Below, one piece after another: positions 28,153 to 37,292 of a stretch of 42,287 nt of DNA. The notes under the pieces are model-generated. The model made no database searches, had not been told where the DNA came from, and saw only the letters and a program-made list of their open reading frames with translations. Position numbers and translations under genes: made by a program. Position 1 is the stretch's first letter. Each line of letters starts with the position of its first letter. The DNA comes from Calditrichota bacterium (GTDB lineage: Bacteria > Calditrichota > Calditrichia > JAJRVZ01): positions 1 through 42,287 of the forward strand of contig JAJRVZ010000047.1 of NCBI GenBank assembly GCA_024277055.1. Direction: 5' to 3'.

Positions 28153-29904
28153 TTAGCCGGTTACTTTCCTCAACAGTGCCCTGCCGACGAATCGGAACTT
28201 GTCTCCGACCGGGAATCGTTTCAGAACGGTTTCCACTACTCCTTTCGTAAACCGTGTGCGCTTAGAATAATCGACAGCCACATCAACGATGACCGGTTGC
28301 CCGTTTTCACTGATTTTAAGAGACTCGCTGATTATCGGTGCAATTTCATCCTGCCTGTTCATGGTCAGAAATGCCGCACCGGTCGCTTTTGCCACACCGC
28401 CGATATCGATCGTGCCGAGAATGCTGCAGGTTTTTCGGTTGTAGGGAATTTCCTGCCCCTGCGAAATCTGGGACAATTCCCCGTCATGGAATACAAAATA
28501 AATAACGCCGAGATTATTGATTGCCGCCGTAAGGATTTCCATGCAGGTCATCAGGAAGGCCCCGTCACCCACAATACCGACCACCTGTTTCCCGGGGTTG
28601 GCAAGTTTAACACCGATTGCCGCCGGGATGCAGTACCCCATGCAATTGAAATCAGTCGGTGAAATGAAATGGCCGGAACGGAAAACCGGAAAAAGTTCAG
28701 CGGCCAGAAACGTATGGTTTCCGTCATCTACAACCATATAAGCGTCATCTTCCAACTGTGTCCTCAGCTCCCCGAAGAATAAAGCGGGATTAACGCGATC
28801 GGTTTTCAATCCCATCCACTCATCTCTGTAAGCTGCCTTGTCATTCGCTATTTTGTCAGCCAGACCCGGATTTTTTGGTGGAAATTGTCTGGTTTGTAAA
28901 AGGCGGTTCATTTTTTCTAAAATCAAACCCGCATCCCCGGCCAGTGCAATTCTTGCCGGATAATTTTTATCGAACACCTTCGGGTTAATATCAATATGAA
29001 TCAAATCGTCCGGTACCCGCACTCCGAAACTACCGGTCGGTATTTCAGCAAAACGAACACCGACAGCCAGCAGCACATCACAATCCCTGAATGCATTTTC
29101 AGCGGCGGGTACCGCACTGGCTCCGAACCCCATCCCCGTGTGCAAAGGATGATCAGCGGGGAAAACGCTTAAACCCTGTAACGTGGTAGCCACCGGCGCG
29201 TTGAGTGTCTCTGCAAGTTCAACCAGTTCTTTCGTACAATTGCGACAACCCCAGCCCACGAACAACCCGGGTTTTTCTCCCTGAAGTAAAAGTTCAACCG
29301 CCTGTTCTATCAATTTTATCTTCGGCAAATCGGCTGTGCCCGCCGGAACATAATTCGGCAATTCTCCGACTTCACCTTTAAACAGCTGAATATTAACCGG
29401 TATTTCGATGAAGACGGGACCCGGTTCGCCTTCAACAGCAATCCGAAAGGCTTCAAAAACGGTTGGAACAATCTCTCTGTGCTTTTTGATTAAAAAGGTT
29501 GCTTTGGTTGTTTCAGCCAAAACCGAATGCTGATCCCACTGGTGCAGCTGATAGTGCATGCCTGAATCGCGACGTATGCCGCCGGAAATAATCAGCATGG
29601 GCACACCGTCAAGAAAGGCTTCGGCAATTCCGCTCATGGCGTGGGTTACCCCTGCTGCCGGAACAATTAAAAGCGTACCGACCCCTTCGCTTGTGCGGCT
29701 TACGCCGTCGGCCATAAATGATGCTCCACCTTCATGCGTAACCAGCACCGGAGTGATTTTTTCGGATTTATTCAATTCATCGTATATTTCGGTATTTTGC
29801 AAGCCGGGTATGCCGAAGGTAAATTTGACCGGCAGATGTTCGAGTGCATATCTCAGCAGCCATGCCCCGGTCGCAGCTTTTGGAATCGAAACAGACATTG
29901 TCAT
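28153..29904 (-). CDS. Thiamine pyrophosphate-dependent enzyme (acetolactate synthase large subunit-like)
   Basis: FGIPG, THEGGASFMADG, PGPVFIEIP and the TPP-binding motif GDGAFLM. No small subunit or ilvC nearby. Confidence 0.88.
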   Translation of the reverse strand: MTMSVSIPKAATGAWLLRYALEHLPVKFTFGIPGLQNTEIYDELNKSEKITPVLVTHEGGASFMADGVSRTSEGVGTLLIVPAAGVTHAMSGIAEAFLDGVPMLIISGGIRRDSGMHYQLHQWDQHSVLAETTKATFLIKKHREIVPTVFEAFRIAVEGEPGPVFIEIPVNIQLFKGEVGELPNYVPAGTADLPKIKLIEQAVELLLQGEKPGLFVGWGCRNCTKELVELAETLNAPVATTLQGLSVFPADHPLHTGMGFGASAVPAAENAFRDCDVLLAVGVRFAEIPTGSFGVRVPDDLIHIDINPKVFDKNYPARIALAGDAGLILEKMNRLLQTRQFPPKNPGLADKIANDKAAYRDEWMGLKTDRVNPALFFGELRTQLEDDAYMVVDDGNHTFLAAELFPVFRSGHFISPTDFNCMGYCIPAAIGVKLANPGKQVVGIVGDGAFLMTCMEILTAAINNLGVIYFVFHDGELSQISQGQEIPYNRKTCSILGTIDIGGVAKATGAAFLTMNRQDEIAPIISESLKISENGQPVIVDVAVDYSKRTRFTKGVVETVLKRFPVGDKFRFVGRALLRKVTG

Positions 29905-29980
29905 TTCCAGCAGAGCTGCATAAATTGATTTTTCATTTTAGTCCTCGATCTTTTCATCTTCAGTATCTTATTTTTGTTCA

Positions 29981-31585
29981 TCAGGCTTTAATACTCCTCG
30001 CGGCTACCTGCCCGGTAATGATACAGCTGCCGAGAAAAGTACCTTCAAGCGACCGCTTGCCGTGAATACCTCCACCGCCGAATCCGGCAGCCTCACCTAC
30101 GGCAAACAAACCGGATATCGCTTCACCTTTTGCATCTAAAACACGACACTCCAAATCGGTCTGAATGCCTCCGAGGCTTTTGCGTGTCAAAATGAACTGC
30201 CGAACGGCGATTAACGGCCGTGCCCCGGGATCATCGATAGCCTGAAACCGGCACAAACGCATACGGTCTCCCCGATACTGCCGGAAAAGGGACAGTTTTT
30301 TCAACTGGTCATCGCTGAAATCCGGTGAATCCTTTTTTGTTTCTTCATCATAGGCTGCAATATCCCTTTTGAATCGATCGGCATCAAAACTGTACCCCAG
30401 ATTGGACATATTTATTTTAGCCGCCAGTTCATCCGGAGAATCAGCAATGATAAAATCATCCGACTCGTTAATCAGTCGCCTGACCAGTTGTTTGTTTCCG
30501 AACAACACTCCTTTTATCAATCCAAACTTGCTTTTATTTCGAAAAGCAGTCATATAGTCACTACCGGAGACAGCCAGTTCACGGGCGGCAATTTTCATAT
30601 TCATGATATGCCAGGAGAACTGCCCCGGTAATTCACAGATTGTCCGCACCAGAAAACGTGTGTCCGTATAACCAATCAGGGGAGGCGGTCCAATGCGTGA
30701 ACCACTGGCGCTGAACCACAAAGCCGACCTTGGCGGCACCAGACTCAGTCCATGATTTGCCCTGTCGGGACGGGGATGCTTTATCCCTGCTGCATAATGC
30801 CATTGCAGATCGAGATGGGTAAGATTACCCCCAATTTTACGCACAGCTTCATGAAGCATTCCATCGGCAAACCGGTGAGAACCGTTTAGCAAATGCTCCG
30901 GTACCGTTGAAAAATCTTTGTGCCAGTGTTCTTTAACCTTGCTTAAATCACCGCCGCAAATCCCGCCGACGGCAATAACGATTACATCTGCTTTCGCTTC
31001 AAAGGGCCGACCGTTTCCTTCAAGCACACCCCGGCAACCGTACGCCCGCTTGTTTGAAAACAGAATTTCTTCAACCCGGTGTTCAAAGCGTATTTCCAGA
31101 TTGTTACGATTTGGATGCCGCCTCAGGAAATTCAGAACCGATTCAACCAGTCCGTATCCCGTCCCCCAGACAATGTGCCAACGCGGAAGACTGTTTCCGG
31201 GAATATCCATCCCTCTTTCCGGCCAGTTGACGACGGGAAGAAAGCTAACCTTCTTCGGCGAAAGCCAGTCCCAGATTAATTCTTTTGAATTATGCACATA
31301 GAATTCCGCCCATTTCCGCGGCCATTCATCGCCATTTTCAAATTCAGCATAACTCAGCCAGTCCTTCAGGGCCGTCTCCGGGGAATCCATAATTTTCGAC
31401 TTGCGCTGATGTGGAGTATCGACCATCATGATACCCCCAAATGATTCCCGCGCCAACCCGCCGATACGTTCCGGGGAATCACGGTCAAGCAGCAGAACCC
31501 TTTTATCGGATTCCAGTAATTCGATTGCGGTTACCAGCCCGGCAAGACCCGCACCGATTATGATTACATCAAAATCATATTTCAT
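29981..31585 (-). CDS. FAD-binding oxidoreductase (KsdD-like family, function unknown)
   Basis: IIGAGLAGL, GGLARESFGG, RWHIVWGTG, RKSLGGIQTD, GEAAGFGGGGIHG..SLEGTFLG. Confidence 0.88.
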   Translation of the reverse strand: MKYDFDVIIIGAGLAGLVTAIELLESDKRVLLLDRDSPERIGGLARESFGGIMMVDTPHQRKSKIMDSPETALKDWLSYAEFENGDEWPRKWAEFYVHNSKELIWDWLSPKKVSFLPVVNWPERGMDIPGNSLPRWHIVWGTGYGLVESVLNFLRRHPNRNNLEIRFEHRVEEILFSNKRAYGCRGVLEGNGRPFEAKADVIVIAVGGICGGDLSKVKEHWHKDFSTVPEHLLNGSHRFADGMLHEAVRKIGGNLTHLDLQWHYAAGIKHPRPDRANHGLSLVPPRSALWFSASGSRIGPPPLIGYTDTRFLVRTICELPGQFSWHIMNMKIAARELAVSGSDYMTAFRNKSKFGLIKGVLFGNKQLVRRLINESDDFIIADSPDELAAKINMSNLGYSFDADRFKRDIAAYDEETKKDSPDFSDDQLKKLSLFRQYRGDRMRLCRFQAIDDPGARPLIAVRQFILTRKSLGGIQTDLECRVLDAKGEAISGLFAVGEAAGFGGGGIHGKRSLEGTFLGSCIITGQVAARSIKA

Positions 31586-31700
31586 ATTAATTTCCCGGAG
31601 AATATTCGGAAAAATATGAAATTATAAATTTAAATCAAACTTCGGAAAAGACTAAAATCTGGACCATCAACAATCATAAAAATCAAAGAGGAGTATTTTT

Positions 31701-32180
31701 TCAATAGGTTTCCTGCTCATCGAGCATGACTACCAGCTCAACACCGGCCTGCTCAAAAAGCTGACGGGTATCCTGTGCGGCATGATAACGCTTTTTCGCC
31801 ACGACTTTTCTTATTCCGACACTGATTATCAGCATTGCACATACCCTGCAGGGTTCCATGGTACAATACAGCGTTGTTTCTTCAAGGGAAATACCCCATC
31901 TTGCCGCCTGGCAGATTGCATTCTGTTCTGCATGAATGGTGCGCATGCAATGTTGTCGCTCGGTACCGTCATCATCAATAACTTTTTTGAAAAGATGGCC
32001 GGCCTCGTCACAATGAGGAAATCCCGGAGGGGAGCCGACATAACCGGTGCAGAGAATCCGCTTGTCTTTAACGATTACACAACCGCTGCGGCCCCGATCA
32101 CAGGTGGCACGCAGAGAAACTTCGTCCACAAGTTTGATAAAATATTCGTCCCAGGTCGGACGACGGGGTGTTTCGGACAT
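31701..32180 (-). CDS. dCMP deaminase (ComEB-like) family protein
   Basis: RPTWDEYF, RATCDR, HAEQNAI and PCRVC zinc motifs. Confidence 0.92.
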   Translation of the reverse strand: MSETPRRPTWDEYFIKLVDEVSLRATCDRGRSGCVIVKDKRILCTGYVGSPPGFPHCDEAGHLFKKVIDDDGTERQHCMRTIHAEQNAICQAARWGISLEETTLYCTMEPCRVCAMLIISVGIRKVVAKKRYHAAQDTRQLFEQAGVELVVMLDEQETY

Positions 32181-32189
32181 AATACCTTC

Positions 32190-33659
32190 CTAATTTGAAC
32201 GTAACCGGTTTAGTTTCGCCAGGGCGTTCTTCTTAAGTTGTTCTTTAAATTCCCGGTTCAAATTAGTGTCATTCGGAATTTTTTGCAAGGAAAGATTATA
32301 ATACATAATGGCCAGATCGCTATATCCGGCAACCATGTAGGCCTCTCCCAGGCTATCGTAGGTATTGGCGGAATTCGGAAAGGCCAGAACGTTTATCTTA
32401 AAAATCTCAATTGCTTCATCAAATTTATTCATGTTCAGCAACAGATAGCCGACCCGGTTAAAATCCGCCTCGGCAAATGTATATTCCGCAGAGTCGGCCA
32501 CTTTTAATTGTTCATATTTTTTAAGGCCGGCTTTCGTACTTTTGGTGATCATTTCTGCGGCAACTTCTTCTGCCGCGCTTCTACTGGGTATTTGGTAGGG
32601 CTGATCATACAAAATGGCCATGATCTTATCACCGATCTCTGTAATTCCTCTACCGGAACTATTGCGCAACAGAATTATTACCGTTTCATCCTTGGGAATA
32701 CGCACGATCCTGGATGTAAAACCCTTCAGACCGCCGTTGTGGGTAATCACCTTTAAGGTATCGGAATAGGCGCCGACTACCGCCTTAACGACGGACCATC
32801 CGTAGCCGTATCCGAAATTATTCATGCTGAACATTTTATCACGGGATTCCGATGAAAGCAGTTTATCGGTCTGCAATGCCCTGTCCCACTTGAACAAATC
32901 TTCAACGGTAGAATACAAGCCGGCCGCCGCATACATGCTCGATAGATCCATATAATCCGCTTCCTGAAAACCCAACAGGGTCCGGTTATAGCCGATCGCC
33001 TGATTCGGACGGCGGTTACCCGGTAAATCATAACCCGTATTGCTCATTTGCAGGGGCTCAAGAATTTTTTCCTTTAATACCTGACCGTAACTTTTTCCGG
33101 TAATCTTTTCGATGATCATTCCAAGCAGGATGAAATTTGAATTGTTGTAATTGAAGGTTTTACCCGGTTCAGCCAGAACAGGCAGATCAATGATCAAATC
33201 AACCAGCTGTTGCGGGGTATAGCTTTCGGCCGTGCGGTTCTTGTAAAATCCGGGTATATTGGTGTAGTCCTGCAAACCCGAGGTATTGTTCATTAAATGA
33301 TGAAGCGTGATGTGTTCCCCTTTTTCTGCGGGAAATTCAGGAAGATACTCGCACAGGGAAGCATGGATATCAAGCCTGCCCTCCTCGGCCAGTTTTAAAA
33401 TCAAAGCAGAAGTAAAGGCCTTGGTCATGGAAGCTATTCTGAAACGTGTCGATGTTTCGTTTCTTATACCTTGCTTTCTGTCCGCCAAACCTATCCCCCG
33501 TGCATAGATTATCTTGCCATGCTCGGCAACCAGCACGGAGCCTTCGAATCTTCCCAGTTTATGATATTTGTTCAGTAAAAAATCAATGTGGTCTGCATGA
33601 AGATTGGCCAAAACGGGAAAAGCCCCTATGACCAGCAACAAAAGGATTTTTTTTAGCAT
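32190..33659 (-). CDS. Serine hydrolase (beta-lactamase class C-like) with C-terminal TPR
   Basis: Signal peptide; SxxK in IASMTK, YNN, AAAGLYSTVEDL, HNGG; TPR segment FPNSANTYDSLGEAY. Confidence 0.9.
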   Translation of the reverse strand: MLKKILLLLVIGAFPVLANLHADHIDFLLNKYHKLGRFEGSVLVAEHGKIIYARGIGLADRKQGIRNETSTRFRIASMTKAFTSALILKLAEEGRLDIHASLCEYLPEFPAEKGEHITLHHLMNNTSGLQDYTNIPGFYKNRTAESYTPQQLVDLIIDLPVLAEPGKTFNYNNSNFILLGMIIEKITGKSYGQVLKEKILEPLQMSNTGYDLPGNRRPNQAIGYNRTLLGFQEADYMDLSSMYAAAGLYSTVEDLFKWDRALQTDKLLSSESRDKMFSMNNFGYGYGWSVVKAVVGAYSDTLKVITHNGGLKGFTSRIVRIPKDETVIILLRNSSGRGITEIGDKIMAILYDQPYQIPSRSAAEEVAAEMITKSTKAGLKKYEQLKVADSAEYTFAEADFNRVGYLLLNMNKFDEAIEIFKINVLAFPNSANTYDSLGEAYMVAGYSDLAIMYYNLSLQKIPNDTNLNREFKEQLKKNALAKLNRLRSN

Positions 33660-33729
33660 GTTATCTCCGAAAAATTCCTGCGGATATTTTCCCTACGTTT
33701 AAAAAAATAAAAGGTTACCGCATTTTGAT

Positions 33730-34158
33730 TTATTCCGATGCAGTTTTAAGTGCGTGATAAGCCTGCAGATATCGATCCAGACGTTGCAAAGAGTCATCGC
33801 TAATTTTGTCGATACGACTCAGCTCCATATTATCCAGCAAATCCGCCAGCTTCACCCGCACCGCGAGGGGATTACGCTTGACTCTTTCAATATAGGAATT
33901 CCAGTGCTCCCCTTCTCTCCTGCTGAGGGCAACCACTGCATCGATTACCCTTTCGGAGAATCCGGCCTTGCGGATATCCTGTTCGGTCATTGAAGAATCT
34001 TCGATCACATCATGTAATACCGCCACAAGTCTCTCTTCATCAGTATTAACCCGGCTCATGACCCGCAGGACATGCAAAATATACGGTTTGCCGTAACGGT
34101 CCTTTTGACCGAAATGAACTTTAACGGCTATTTTGAGTGCCGTATCCAAATCAAACAT
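33730..34158 (-). CDS. Stand-alone HD-domain protein (RelA/SpoT hydrolase-like, small alarmone hydrolase type)
   Basis: HFGQKDRYGKPYILH, AVLHDVIEDS, VKLADLLDN. Start at ATG 34158, or TTG 34173. Confidence 0.82.
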   Translation of the reverse strand: MFDLDTALKIAVKVHFGQKDRYGKPYILHVLRVMSRVNTDEERLVAVLHDVIEDSSMTEQDIRKAGFSERVIDAVVALSRREGEHWNSYIERVKRNPLAVRVKLADLLDNMELSRIDKISDDSLQRLDRYLQAYHALKTASE

Positions 34159-34262
34159 AGTCTTCGATTTCAATTTCCAAAATAAAACTCATAAATGCCT
34201 GATACGATTTATTCCGAAACAGTAAGTTGCGCCAATTCTCAATTATTATAAAAAACAGTTGG

Positions 34263-35099
34263 TTATTGCATGCTGAAACGGTTTCCGACCTGGAGTAATT
34301 GAACCCGTTCTCTGAATATATCAAACATTCGCCGAATCATTTTGAATCCCGTACAGTGCAGCGGAACCAGGTATTCGGGATTCAATTCTTCCAGCGCATG
34401 CGCTACACGATCGATTTTTTGTTGATCTGCCTGGTAGAGATGCATGCCGCCGATGACTGCAAATATCGTCTTATTGCCGGTTATGCGCATCGCATGTTTC
34501 AGGGTGTTGATCGTTCCGGCGTGTCCGCACCCCATTAAGACGATCAATCCCTTTTTCGTATTTAAAATAAGGGCCATATCATCGTGTAATTCGTCGGTGA
34601 TATAACTTTCACGTACCCTTTGCTGGTAAGATTCATCAATCTGCTCAAACTCGGCTTTTCTCGGGATTTCTCCGCTGATCCATACATCGGGCAGCAATTC
34701 CTGTTTATGGGCCGTAAAATTGAATTCCGCACCCATATTCTCGATATTTGGTGGTTCCCATGGCACGCCGATGTCCAGCCTGCCCTCCGGGTAAACACGG
34801 TACTTCTTATTGATCAGAACCGGATGGCAATAAACGGAAATTTTTCCGTGGCGATGCAACAAGGCGGGTAACCCTCCGCAATGATCGTAATGACCATGAC
34901 TCAGGAACAGGCAGCGGGTGTTTTGCAACTCAACCCCGCATTCGGATGCATTGCCCACAAGGGCATCCGTTTGACCGCAATCGAACAGGATATTACCGTT
35001 TTCGGTTTCAACAAACAACGACAGCCCCTGTTCCGCTACCAGCCGGGGATTATTTACGCGATTTTCACAGAGAATTGTAATGCGAACCGAGGTTAACAT
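34263..35099 (-). CDS. Metallo-beta-lactamase-fold hydrolase
   Basis: EQGLS, LFDCG, SHGHYDHCGG, GCGHAG, GGMHL, PLHCTG. Confidence 0.88.
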   Translation of the reverse strand: MLTSVRITILCENRVNNPRLVAEQGLSLFVETENGNILFDCGQTDALVGNASECGVELQNTRCLFLSHGHYDHCGGLPALLHRHGKISVYCHPVLINKKYRVYPEGRLDIGVPWEPPNIENMGAEFNFTAHKQELLPDVWISGEIPRKAEFEQIDESYQQRVRESYITDELHDDMALILNTKKGLIVLMGCGHAGTINTLKHAMRITGNKTIFAVIGGMHLYQADQQKIDRVAHALEELNPEYLVPLHCTGFKMIRRMFDIFRERVQLLQVGNRFSMQ

Positions 35100-35203
35100 G
35101 GCATACTCCTTATATTTGTACGACCATGTTCCTTCCGATGGAATTAGATCCTTTTCTCGATTTAACCTGTATTCGAAGAAATAGTTGCTTTAAAATGATA
35201 AAA

Positions 35204-36298
35204 TCAGTCGAGTTCCGTATTCAGACGAAACAGTAATATTCTGTTATTTCCGCTGTCACAGATATACACGGTGGGGTCGACACCGCCGAGGGTTACGGCA
35301 ATACCGGAAGGATTATTCAGCGGTTTTAAATCAGAATCATTTCCGAACAGTTCCTCACCGCCGAAGGATTGCAGCAGTTTCCCGGCCGGATTGTATCGAT
35401 AGACATTGTAGGGATGCCCGGTATCGCTTCTTTGATCCAGTACGAAGATGAAACCGCTGTTATCAACTTCGATATCTATCGGATGCAAAAAACCACCGAC
35501 GGTATACAGATCATTATTAATATAAGCGGTATTCGGTCCGAGGGTCAATTCCTGCCCCGACCCGAAAGCTGCGACTCCCTGTACTTTAAAATTATTTTCC
35601 CCCACGTGACCAAAAAGAAAATCCAGCCGGCCGTAGCGTTGGCTTTGTACCGTAGTCGGTTGCTTCACGACAAAAAGTCCCTGACCTTCCCGAAAAAGAG
35701 GAAGCGGCCCGCGTCTTATCAGCTGGTTTTCCACGGCATTTTTTTCAAAAAACTCGAAATCTATGATATCGCCGTAAGTCGAATCGTCCGCATCCACTGC
35801 GGCGGCATAGGCTCGGTGCCTGCCTTCGTAAAAGTAGGCGGTAATTCCCCTGTAAACCAGGCTGCTGTTCTGGCTGTATTCGTGCACAACCTCCACCGGC
35901 GCCTGCCCGATCCGGTGATTATGACTGACGAGATCAATCTTATAAACCTTGTTGGTGCCGTTGACGATCAGCAGGTTCAGCAGGTTGTCCTGTGTGATGG
36001 CCAGCGGGTTTTCAACGGGTTGTGAAACACCCTGTACGGCCCCAAGAATATCGAGCATGATGATGCGGTTATTTCCGGTATCACACACATAAATCAGGTT
36101 ATCCAGACCAAGTATGATATCCGACGGCTGATTCATAACAACACCGAATTCCGCATCCCACACCGGAAGCAATTGCACATAAACTTCTTTCCCGACATTG
36201 CCAAGCCCGGTATTCGGTACCGTCGGAAGGCCGATTTTTACATTTTTACAACCGGTGATGATCAGTACGATCAAAACGATCTTCATCCAATAGCGCAT
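35204..36298 (-). CDS. NHL-repeat/beta-propeller lipoprotein
   Basis: Lipobox IITGC; NHL-type repeats QPSDI..IYVCDTGNNRI, HPIDIEVD..IFVLD and NPSGIAV..VYICDSGNNRI. Confidence 0.8.
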   Translation of the reverse strand: MRYWMKIVLIVLIITGCKNVKIGLPTVPNTGLGNVGKEVYVQLLPVWDAEFGVVMNQPSDIILGLDNLIYVCDTGNNRIIMLDILGAVQGVSQPVENPLAITQDNLLNLLIVNGTNKVYKIDLVSHNHRIGQAPVEVVHEYSQNSSLVYRGITAYFYEGRHRAYAAAVDADDSTYGDIIDFEFFEKNAVENQLIRRGPLPLFREGQGLFVVKQPTTVQSQRYGRLDFLFGHVGENNFKVQGVAAFGSGQELTLGPNTAYINNDLYTVGGFLHPIDIEVDNSGFIFVLDQRSDTGHPYNVYRYNPAGKLLQSFGGEELFGNDSDLKPLNNPSGIAVTLGGVDPTVYICDSGNNRILLFRLNTELD

Positions 36299-36299
36299 T

Positions 36300-37292
36300 T
36301 CAGAATTCCAGTAAAAAATTGAATCGGTTCACCGTTCCCAGGCGACCAAAATTGGTGAATGCATAATCCACCCGAACCGTTGCAATGTTCAGTGATTGTC
36401 TTAATCCGAATCCGGCTGAAAAATCCTCTTCGACCTGTGCCGTTTTAAAACCGGCGCGCAATGCCAGAAAACCGTTCCACATATACTCTACACCGAAATT
36501 AATGTTTTCCGAATTGTCATTGGGATGATTGAGTTGTATCGCCGCGGTCAGGCGGTTGTTTTCATCGAATTCAAAATCGTTGGCAATACCGAATCGAAAC
36601 ATCGTGGGCGGTGCGAACGATTGAAAACTGTTTACCGTGTGCGTCCGGTTGTTCAAATCCTTCTGCCGGAAAGAGCCGGTCGGTGTAATGTCCGTTCCGA
36701 AATTGGACAGACTGACAGCAAAGCGGGTATTGGCGAACCCGGTACGGTAGTAAGTACCCAGATCGAACAGCAAAGAGGACATTGAAACTTCGGCAATATC
36801 CTCCCGAGAAGACTTCAGAGTCACTCCGAAGCTGAACTGATCCGTCATTCGTCGTGCATAGGAAACACCGAATAACGCATCGGAAAAGGTGAAATACTGG
36901 CCGGTTCCTAACGGCTGAAAAACAGTGGTTTCTTCCATATCGGCCATGTGCAGATAAGTAAGAGAAAAGCCAATGGTGTTCAGGGCGTCCAGGTGATACA
37001 CAATTCCCGCATTTTCGATTTTTACATCCACCACCCATTGGGTATGGTCGAAATAGACCTGGTTTTCGGTGAATTGCGCCAGTCCGGCAGGATTCCAGTA
37101 CAAGGCGCTGGCATCGTTTGCAACGGCGATGAAGGCCTGCCCGAAAGCTTCGGCCCGGGCACCGACGCCGATTTTCAGAAACTGTGCACTTGAAGTGCCG
37201 ACACGCTGCGCGCCCAAAGTGGGCAACAGCTGCGCCTGCAGCAAAAAAGGCAACAGAAAAAAAGCCAGTATGTAGGATGTGCGTTTCATCAT
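36300..37292 (-). CDS. PorV/PorQ-family outer-membrane beta-barrel protein
   Basis: Signal peptide from MMKRTSY (ATG overlaps the upstream TGA); AQFLKIGVGARA..ANDASALYWNPAGLA, INFGVEY..LALRAG, VDYAF, C-terminal Phe. Confidence 0.85.
   Translation of the reverse strand: MMKRTSYILAFFLLPFLLQAQLLPTLGAQRVGTSSAQFLKIGVGARAEAFGQAFIAVANDASALYWNPAGLAQFTENQVYFDHTQWVVDVKIENAGIVYHLDALNTIGFSLTYLHMADMEETTVFQPLGTGQYFTFSDALFGVSYARRMTDQFSFGVTLKSSREDIAEVSMSSLLFDLGTYYRTGFANTRFAVSLSNFGTDITPTGSFRQKDLNNRTHTVNSFQSFAPPTMFRFGIANDFEFDENNRLTAAIQLNHPNDNSENINFGVEYMWNGFLALRAGFKTAQVEEDFSAGFGLRQSLNIATVRVDYAFTNFGRLGTVNRFNFLLEF

Noticed and set aside
32190-35099. Beta-lactam resistance genes (serine hydrolase and MBL-fold protein)
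   Set aside because: Both belong to broad hydrolase families. Their motifs and architecture (TPR fusion; cytoplasmic MBL with GCxH and HCTG) do not indicate true beta-lactamases.
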